Shown here in pieces: positions 57,654-64,000 of a stretch of 64,000 nt of DNA (position 1 is the stretch's first letter; every line of letters begins with the position of its first letter). The notes under the pieces were generated by a model that had not been told where the DNA came from, searched no databases, and saw only the letters and a list, made by a program, of their open reading frames with translations. The stretch covers positions 32,001 to 96,000 of IMG/VR virus record IMGVR_UViG_3300027741_002766; one strand, 5' to 3'. The DNA is from a virus. The position numbers were made by a program, and so were the translations under genes.

Positions 57654-58673
57654 ATGCTAGAAAATTACTGGAGTACCAATTTTGTTTACGATCACAGCCA
57701 TAGAAATCATTTTGATTATGTAGATCAAAGCACATTGTCCAAACATTTGTGCTTTGTGTCCGACACCATGTTAAAAATCCATCAAATGGATGTGGCACAT
57801 GATGCTGAACTTATTCATCTGTGTCAGACAGAAACCAATCGCATGCCGGTGTTGTGTTTGGACAGCAACCCCTACGATGTTGAATCCTATCTCAGTGAAT
57901 TAGAGAAGCACGTAGACCCTCAAACTTTCTTTGTGTTTAATCCAGATATTAGACAGGAGCAAAGCACACGCTCAAATCTTGCACCCTGGCCGTCTTGGTT
58001 GATCAATCAACATTTACAAAAAAATATGCAAGTAGGACAAGTAAAAACTCATAGAATAAGTTTTTTGTCTGGCATACCTAGGTACCATAGAATATATTTG
58101 TTTAGACAAATCCGACCCTGGATACAGCACAATGATGTTGTGGTTGTTAACTGTTTCAGTCGGGAACAATTTTTAAACACAGTGCCTAGAGGAATAAGAG
58201 TTGATGCTGATAGTTGGCTGAATGATTTGCCCTGGAGCAACAAGTTGGAATATATTGACACTGATCAGACATGTACCAATGCCAATCTACCCTCATTGAA
58301 TCAGCATCCTGCTTACACAGCATGTGTTAATATCACGGGTGAAACCTTGGGCTACGGAACACAAGTTTTGCCTAGTGAAAAAACTTGGAAAGCCTATAGA
58401 TCAGGTTGTTTGGTCGTGAACTATGGAATACAAGATATGCCACTGGCACTGAAAAATCTTGGCATCGAAATTTGGAAAGAATATGATACCTCTCAACCAG
58501 CCGAAGTCAAATGTGATAAAATTGTAGAATTATTCCAGCGTGATGATATTGAACAGTTATACGCAAAACATCGCACTATGATTGAACACAATCAAAATTT
58601 AATTAACAGCAAGAGTTTTGTAAAAAAATTAGCACAACCTGCTATAAACAAACTACAAAAACATTTACGTTAG
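57654..58673 (+). CDS. Glycosyltransferase-like protein (SEKT family), late-expressed
   Basis: FLSGIPRYHR, VNITGET, SEKTWK, IEHN; late promoter CTAAATA at 57643-57649. Confidence 0.55.
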   Translation: MLENYWSTNFVYDHSHRNHFDYVDQSTLSKHLCFVSDTMLKIHQMDVAHDAELIHLCQTETNRMPVLCLDSNPYDVESYLSELEKHVDPQTFFVFNPDIRQEQSTRSNLAPWPSWLINQHLQKNMQVGQVKTHRISFLSGIPRYHRIYLFRQIRPWIQHNDVVVVNCFSREQFLNTVPRGIRVDADSWLNDLPWSNKLEYIDTDQTCTNANLPSLNQHPAYTACVNITGETLGYGTQVLPSEKTWKAYRSGCLVVNYGIQDMPLALKNLGIEIWKEYDTSQPAEVKCDKIVELFQRDDIEQLYAKHRTMIEHNQNLINSKSFVKKLAQPAINKLQKHLR

Positions 58674-59827
58674 ATCTTGAACCAGCCCAAGAACTTTTCC
58701 ATCCGGGCCAGGGGGGCTGACCAATCACCGTAGGTTTCTTGACGGAACAATCGGGCAGTGGTATACCAAGGAGAATCATCACGATTCTGCATCCAGCGCC
58801 AGCAAGCACCATACGCATTGAGTGGAATCCATAGAGGCCGACCTATAGCACCTGCTAGGTGTGCGGCTGCGGTGTCTACCGATATTACCAGATCCATGTG
58901 ATGCATCAGGGCGGCTGTGTCAGCAAAATCATTAATGGTACCTGGATAGCATTCGGCACCTGCGGCCCGGATAACAGCAGTATCTTCGTCACTGGCATCC
59001 ACCTGTAGGCTTACCCATTGATGTTCGGGAAATTTACGAACCAACTCAGCCATGGTCTCTACCGGCATGCTTTTGTGTTGATTGATCCAGGAGTCTCTGC
59101 GCCCAGACCAGGTAATACCAATTCTCATGCGATTCTTGGGAATACCCAGGCGTTGAGCCCAGGCCCGCGCACGTTCCGCATCTACCTGTACATACTGCAG
59201 ATAGTGCTGAACATTTTCCAGTCGCATGTTTAGGATTCGAGGCAGACTCATCATGGCCACCCAGTAGTCAAAAGGACCAATTTGATCTTCTGTGTTGCAG
59301 GTAATGCCCACAATGGCGTCGGGGGTATTGATCAACAAAGGCTTGATACCTGGACTCACATGCAGGCGAATCTTGGCACCCATATCTTGCAAGTTACCAC
59401 AAAATCGCAAAAACTGAATTTGATCACCAAGACCTTGTTCGCCAATGACCAGAATAGTTTTGCCACGCAGGTCCTCGCCAGACCATTCGGGAGCAGGCAG
59501 GTTGGGTTTGGTACCCGACAAGTGCTCATAGCGCCAGCGACTTTCGTACTGCCGCCAGCCCTGTTCATAATTGCCCAGCATCAAATTGGCCACGGCCAGA
59601 TTGAACTCAGCAGTGACACTGGCAGGATCCAGTGCTCGTGCAGCCTCCAGGAAAGGCACAGCACGACGGGTGTGTCCCATCTCTCTCAATACATTGCCAT
59701 AGTTGTTGAAGGCAGCGGAACTTTCAGGGTCCTGCACAAATGCCTGTGCATAAAATGCAATGGCCTGATCGGGTTGGTGTTTTTCTCTGGCCAGGTTACC
59801 GCTGGCAATCAAGTCGTTTGTGTTCAT
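58670..59827 (-). CDS. TPR-repeat glycosyltransferase (GT-B, GT9-like)
   Basis: TPRs (AFNNYGNVLREMG, AEFNLA), YE.RW, EQGLGDQIQFLRF, DLVISVDTAAAHLAGA.G.P, WRW..R.DSPWY. Late promoter GTAAATA at 59839-59833; start taken at MNTNDL. Confidence 0.85.
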   Translation of the reverse strand: MNTNDLIASGNLAREKHQPDQAIAFYAQAFVQDPESSAAFNNYGNVLREMGHTRRAVPFLEAARALDPASVTAEFNLAVANLMLGNYEQGWRQYESRWRYEHLSGTKPNLPAPEWSGEDLRGKTILVIGEQGLGDQIQFLRFCGNLQDMGAKIRLHVSPGIKPLLINTPDAIVGITCNTEDQIGPFDYWVAMMSLPRILNMRLENVQHYLQYVQVDAERARAWAQRLGIPKNRMRIGITWSGRRDSWINQHKSMPVETMAELVRKFPEHQWVSLQVDASDEDTAVIRAAGAECYPGTINDFADTAALMHHMDLVISVDTAAAHLAGAIGRPLWIPLNAYGACWRWMQNRDDSPWYTTARLFRQETYGDWSAPLARMEKFLGWFKI

Positions 59828-59875
59828 GAAGATATTTACTAACACCGGCACACTGGGCAAAATAAACTAGATTTA

Positions 59876-59883
59876 CATAAATA
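59876..59883 (+). promoter_or_regulatory. Late promoter CATAAATA
   Basis: Precedes a structured 5' leader. Confidence 0.7.
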
Positions 59884-59889
59884 CTTGTC

Positions 59890-59966
59890 AACGCAATTCT
59901 GCGTTTTATGCGGCGATTAACCCCACCGCGTAGCGGCTAGAACCCGCATTGGGCTTCTACTAGGAG
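59890..59966 (+). promoter_or_regulatory. Structured 5'-UTR (three hairpins plus possible pseudoknot) abutting the SD
   Basis: aacgca/tgcgtt; tatgcgg/ccgcgta; gcgg/ccgc with loop TAGAA complementary to TTCTA at 59955-59959; SD AGGAG at 59962-59966. Confidence 0.55.
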
Positions 59967-59973
59967 AAATCAA

Positions 59974-60798
59974 ATGGGAAGATCACTTAAAATACAAAAA
60001 ACAAACATTGGATCTGGATCCACTGTAACAGGCAATCCACCTGTAACCGCCTACAATCAAAACGTGCTTACAGATGCAGGCTTCACATCCTTTGGCAACT
60101 TGATTGATCCTGATGCTGGCAGCGGTACAGGACTCACTAACAGTCAGTTCCTGGGTGTGGTAGGCGGTGTACCTGCCACCAGTAATCCCAGTGCTACTTT
60201 TCCAGAAGTGTTGACTCAAGCCAATATCTTGCTGGCTGATGGCACAAATACTGCTTACGGTAACAGTCAAATTCTACGACAAAAAGGCGCACACAAGTTT
60301 ATGGTTGCTAACTTAGATAGCATAACCAGTGATGGTAGTTTTATTGTAGGTCAAGCATACCAAATTGCCTCATTGGGTAATACTGCCTGGACCAGTTATG
60401 GTGCTCCTACTACCGTGGCAGTGGGTGACGTTTTCACCGCAACTTCGGTAGGCGGCGCAGGCACAGGAACTGCTTATCCAGTGGGCACTTGTGTGTTGCA
60501 AAACTCAGCCACACCAACTGCTGGTTTTATGAGTGTGGGCTACACGTTCAATGGTGGTAGCACTACCTATGCTAGTTATATCACTAACAAGTGGGTGCGT
60601 GACTGGAACGGCATGACATATGGCAACTATAACAATGGCAATGATGGTGAAAATATCTATTCCAACGAAAACTACTATGTGACCAACTTCTTTAGCAATG
60701 TGGGCACAGTGACATTGAGTGGTGCAGACGTGATCAACAGCGCACCAGGCAACAACGGTTCTGTGTATATTGCACAGATCGACAACGTTACAAGTTAA
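59974..60798 (+). CDS. Virion structural protein (possible capsid decoration protein)
   Basis: MGRSLK start, ILRQKG..KF motif, strong SD, own late promoter and terminator. Confidence 0.55.
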   Translation: MGRSLKIQKTNIGSGSTVTGNPPVTAYNQNVLTDAGFTSFGNLIDPDAGSGTGLTNSQFLGVVGGVPATSNPSATFPEVLTQANILLADGTNTAYGNSQILRQKGAHKFMVANLDSITSDGSFIVGQAYQIASLGNTAWTSYGAPTTVAVGDVFTATSVGGAGTGTAYPVGTCVLQNSATPTAGFMSVGYTFNGGSTTYASYITNKWVRDWNGMTYGNYNNGNDGENIYSNENYYVTNFFSNVGTVTLSGADVINSAPGNNGSVYIAQIDNVTS

Positions 60799-60813
60799 TT
60801 TGTAGATTAATTC

Positions 60814-60852
60814 AATCCTCCAGGTGGCCCTGCGCCACGGGAGGATTTTTTT
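60814..60852 (+). terminator. Intrinsic terminator
   Basis: aatcctcc..gtggc/gccac..ggaggatt ending in a T run. Confidence 0.75.
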
Positions 60853-60908
60853 ATGGTCAGTTTGAGGTTTGCTAAGTTTCGGTAAATACACCCAGAGACT
60901 CTATTTTT

Positions 60909-63902
60909 ATGACACAGTATATCATTGACACCGGCACTGTACCCAATGATGGGCAAGGTGATCCGTTACGAACTGCGTTTACCTATACCAACGACAACTT
61001 TACTCAGATTTTTCTAGCCGGGCCTGTAGGTAGCAATGTTCGAATTGGTAATAATACCATTACTACCACAGTTCTCAACAGTAACTTAGTGTTGAGCCCA
61101 TCGGGCATTGGACGCATACAACTCAACAACACGCTGTTTCCCAGGGTAAACAATGTTTATGATATTGGAACTCCCAGTTTGCGTTTTAACAGCATTTACC
61201 TGGGCGATGGCGGAATTGACGTCACAGGTGGTATCACAACTGCTGGCAACATCACTGCCGACTATTTCATTGGCAATGGCAGTCAACTGACTGGTATTGT
61301 GGCCAGTACTGGCAGTGAAGTTGTCAATGGCAACAGCACAATCAGCATACCCTCATCAGGCTCCAATATCTATGTCACAGTGAATGGTACTGGTAATGTG
61401 ACAACATTTGCCAACTCTGGCGTGTATGTGGCAGGCGAAGTCAGTGCCACAGGTAACATCTCAGGCAACTATATTTTAGGTAACGGTGCATTACTAACCG
61501 GTATCAATATTGGCTACAGCAACGCCAACGTGGCAGCCTTCTTGCCCACATACACCGGCAATTTGGTCAGTTTAACTGGTCCTGTGGTGACCACAGCCAA
61601 TGTTGTGGCAGGAAACTTACTGACCAGCGGCGCTATTTCTGCCACTGGCAACATCACTGGTGGCAACATCAACACCGGTAGACTCAACGCAGGCTATATC
61701 ACCACAGGCACAACCATAAGTGCATTAGGAAATATCACTACCAATTCCTACTTTATCGGTGATGGTAGCCTGCTGACAGGACTCAATCTCAATTACAGCA
61801 ATGCCAATGTGGCTGCCTTTTTGCCCACATACACCGGCAACTTGGTTAGCCTAACCGGTCCTGTAATAACCACTGCCAACATCACGGGTGGCAATCTATT
61901 GACTTCGGGCTTGATTTCGGCCGCTGGATTGATCACTGGTGGCAATGTACGCACAGGAAATATCACTGCTGGTAATGTAGTAACTCCAGGATCTGTCAGC
62001 GCCACAGGCAATGTGATCACCACTGGATATTTTGTCGGTGACGGTAGTCAACTGACAAACTTGCCAGTTGGAAATTATAGCAATGCCAATGTGGCTGCCT
62101 TTTTGCCCACATACACAGGTAACTTGTCAAGTTTAACAGGCCCAGTCACAACCACTGCCAACATCACAGGTGGCAACATACTCACTGGTGGCCTGATATC
62201 CGCCGCTGGATTTATCACAGGCGGCAACGTCAACACTAACAGACTCAATGCTGCCAACATCACTTCCAGTGGTTCAATATCGGCTGTGGGCAATGTCACC
62301 GGCAACAACTTGATTGGTGCAACAGTCACAGTCACAACTGTTTCGGCTCTGGGCAACATCACAGGCAGTAACATTCAGATCAGTGGTCAGATATCTGCGG
62401 CAGGTAATATTCGTGGTGGCAATCTTTCTGCGCCTGGCGGCACAGTTGATGCTTACATTGTTAGTGCCACTGGTCAAATACAAGGCAACAGTTTTGTAAC
62501 CACAGGCATTATAACTGCCACAGGCAATATCACAGGCGGCAATGTTACCACTGGCAACCTACAAGCAGCCAATGTCAACGCTGATGCCAACATATCAGCC
62601 GCTGGCAATGTAACGGCCAAGAATTTCCTGGGCAATGTAATTTCAGTTGGCCTGATCAGTACCACCGGCAATGTTGCAGGCAATTATTTTATTGGTAATG
62701 GCGCATTACTGACGGGCATCACAGTCAATGCAGGCACAAGTATCACCAACGGCAACAGCAATGTTGTGGTCAGTGCCAATGCCAATGTTGACATTGGTGT
62801 GAGAGGTGTAGGCAATGTTGCAACATTTGCCAACACAGGTGCATACATCACTGGTGAAGCCAGTGTAACTGGCAATGTTACCGGCAACTATTTCATTGGT
62901 AATGGCAGTCAGTTGACAGGCGTGGTGGCCACTGCAATTGGCACTCTGGGCAATCTCAGTGTGACTGGCAATATTGCCACTGGTGGCATACTTTCAGACA
63001 ACTATTACTATGCCAATGGTCAGCCAGTGCCTGCTGGCATAACCTACACTGCCAACACAGCCCCGCCACCATTCCCTAACATAGCAGATCAATGGTGGGA
63101 CACAGACAATGATGTGCTGTATGAATTTATTTCGGATGGTGTCAGTACCTACTGGGTAGACACTACCAGTCCAGCCTTTGCCAGTGGTATCATTGCTAAC
63201 GTGGCCATTACAGGCAGTTTGTTGCCCATAGCCAATGTGACCTATGACGTAGGCAGTCCGGGCAGTTACTTCAACAGAGGCTTTTTCCAAACAGTCACAG
63301 TGGGCGGCAACACCAGTGTTGCTGGCAATGTCATAGCCGGAAAAGTGGTCAGTGATCTAGTGGTAGCCAGTGTGCTGGCCAATGCGTCAGCCATCAACCT
63401 ACAGACCAATGGCACCAATGCACTTAGTATTGACAGCAGTCAAAACATCACCACTGCTCGTAGATTGCCTGCTGCCAGCATGCCTGCAGGTGCTGTGGTA
63501 CAAACGGTGATGAGTTCCGCCGTGGGTGGTAGCATAACCAACAGTACCAGTTACGTGGATATCTCATCAGCCTCGGTCACTATCACTCCCAGCAACAGCA
63601 CCAGCAAGATTGTGGTCATAGCCACAGGCACCAGTGCATTCAGTGCTGTGTCTGGTACCAATATCAATGCTGACACTCAGTTGATTCGTAGTCCCACTAC
63701 CAGTCTACAGACTCAAAACATTGGCGGCTTGTTTGGAGCCTTTGGCGGAGTCGGGCTGTCAGGCACAGTGGCCTACAGTTACACAGACAGTCCAGCCACT
63801 ACCAGTCCAATAACTTACAAACTGCAACAGCGAGTATCTAATTCGGCCAGTACCTTGACCAGTTCAAACATCTGGTTGATAGCCATGGAGATCACAGCAT
63901 GA
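60909..63902 (+). CDS. Long fibre protein with Gly-Asn-Ile-Thr repeats
   Basis: N-terminal IDTG..PNDGQGDPLRTAF (gp9/gp10-type attachment motif), GNIT/GNVT repeats, YFIGNGSQLTG repeats, C-terminal VVQTV...ITP....SKI.V domain; late promoter GTAAATA at 60882-60888. Confidence 0.75.
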   Translation: MTQYIIDTGTVPNDGQGDPLRTAFTYTNDNFTQIFLAGPVGSNVRIGNNTITTTVLNSNLVLSPSGIGRIQLNNTLFPRVNNVYDIGTPSLRFNSIYLGDGGIDVTGGITTAGNITADYFIGNGSQLTGIVASTGSEVVNGNSTISIPSSGSNIYVTVNGTGNVTTFANSGVYVAGEVSATGNISGNYILGNGALLTGINIGYSNANVAAFLPTYTGNLVSLTGPVVTTANVVAGNLLTSGAISATGNITGGNINTGRLNAGYITTGTTISALGNITTNSYFIGDGSLLTGLNLNYSNANVAAFLPTYTGNLVSLTGPVITTANITGGNLLTSGLISAAGLITGGNVRTGNITAGNVVTPGSVSATGNVITTGYFVGDGSQLTNLPVGNYSNANVAAFLPTYTGNLSSLTGPVTTTANITGGNILTGGLISAAGFITGGNVNTNRLNAANITSSGSISAVGNVTGNNLIGATVTVTTVSALGNITGSNIQISGQISAAGNIRGGNLSAPGGTVDAYIVSATGQIQGNSFVTTGIITATGNITGGNVTTGNLQAANVNADANISAAGNVTAKNFLGNVISVGLISTTGNVAGNYFIGNGALLTGITVNAGTSITNGNSNVVVSANANVDIGVRGVGNVATFANTGAYITGEASVTGNVTGNYFIGNGSQLTGVVATAIGTLGNLSVTGNIATGGILSDNYYYANGQPVPAGITYTANTAPPPFPNIADQWWDTDNDVLYEFISDGVSTYWVDTTSPAFASGIIANVAITGSLLPIANVTYDVGSPGSYFNRGFFQTVTVGGNTSVAGNVIAGKVVSDLVVASVLANASAINLQTNGTNALSIDSSQNITTARRLPAASMPAGAVVQTVMSSAVGGSITNSTSYVDISSASVTITPSNSTSKIVVIATGTSAFSAVSGTNINADTQLIRSPTTSLQTQNIGGLFGAFGGVGLSGTVAYSYTDSPATTSPITYKLQQRVSNSASTLTSSNIWLIAMEITA
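61515..62230 (+). repeat. Three ~93-94-codon internal repeats in the fibre gene
   Basis: YSNANVAAFLPTYTGNL(V/S)SLTGPV starts at 61515, 61794 and 62076 (spacing 279 and 282 nt), with near-identical DNA. Confidence 0.9.
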
Positions 63903-64000
63903 TCACAATGATTCAAGCCATACAAAGCCTAGTACCCGGCGCAGAAGTCAGTGTGGGCATATACAATCAAGAAATAACCTGGGTCAACCCCACAGTGGCT
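63899..64000 (+). CDS. Probable fibre-associated (assembly chaperone-like) protein, truncated by the window edge
   Basis: ATGA overlap with the fibre stop; MITMIQAIQSLVPGAEVSV...ITW, open to the edge. Confidence 0.55.
   Translation, partial: MITMIQAIQSLVPGAEVSVGIYNQEITWVNPTVA

Noticed and set aside
61515-62230. CRISPR-like or mobile repeats
   Set aside because: The repeats are in frame within the fibre CDS and show synonymous variation, so they are protein repeats.
1430-63290. Numerous 60-200-aa antisense or out-of-frame ORFs in the supplied track (e.g. 16916..17488, 32760..33371, 59282..59842)
   Set aside because: They are shadows of long genes on the other strand or frame, with no recognisable motifs or expression signals. 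The exception is 46766..47056, kept as the frameshift extension.
1-64000. Stop-codon reassignment
   Set aside because: Core genes are full length in the standard code, and TAG, TGA and TAA all end genes at sensible positions.

Overview
This is a 64-kb segment of a large lytic T4-like (jumbo-type) myophage genome in the standard genetic code. 1-10854 (minus strand): a cluster of glycan- and cofactor-modifying enzymes, with a radical SAM protein, a tandemly duplicated SGNH-like pair, glycosyltransferase-like proteins and an acyl-adenylate ligase. 10914-39101 (minus): a baseplate/tail module with fibre proteins, a 4175-aa giant wedge-like protein, gp6, gp25, gp5, hub proteins, gp53 and a gp48/54-like protein. 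39217-45288 (plus): late sigma factor gp55, gp47, three inserted ORFans, gp46 and a minimal GIY-YIG nuclease. The nuclease is followed by the only large ORF-free gap, 45289-45705, which is densely structured. 45706-47820 (minus): a gp26-like chaperone with a probable -1 frameshift extension, plus apt and mtnN. 47844-64000 (mostly plus): tape measure/lysozyme, portal, HNH endonuclease, prohead core, protease and scaffold, major capsid protein, GIY-YIG/NUMOD3 endonuclease, two late glycan enzymes, a virion protein with a structured leader, and a repeat-rich fibre. Best candidates for new biology: (1) the stand-alone GIY-YIG nuclease plus a ~350-420-nt structured ncRNA, a possible RNA-associated nuclease system; (2) a gpG/gpGT-style programmed -1 frameshift in the gp26-like gene; (3) widespread leaderless mRNAs from both late and sigma70 promoters; (4) a riboswitch-like pseudoknotted leader. 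All family assignments come from recognising motifs by eye; no database searches or folding programs were run.
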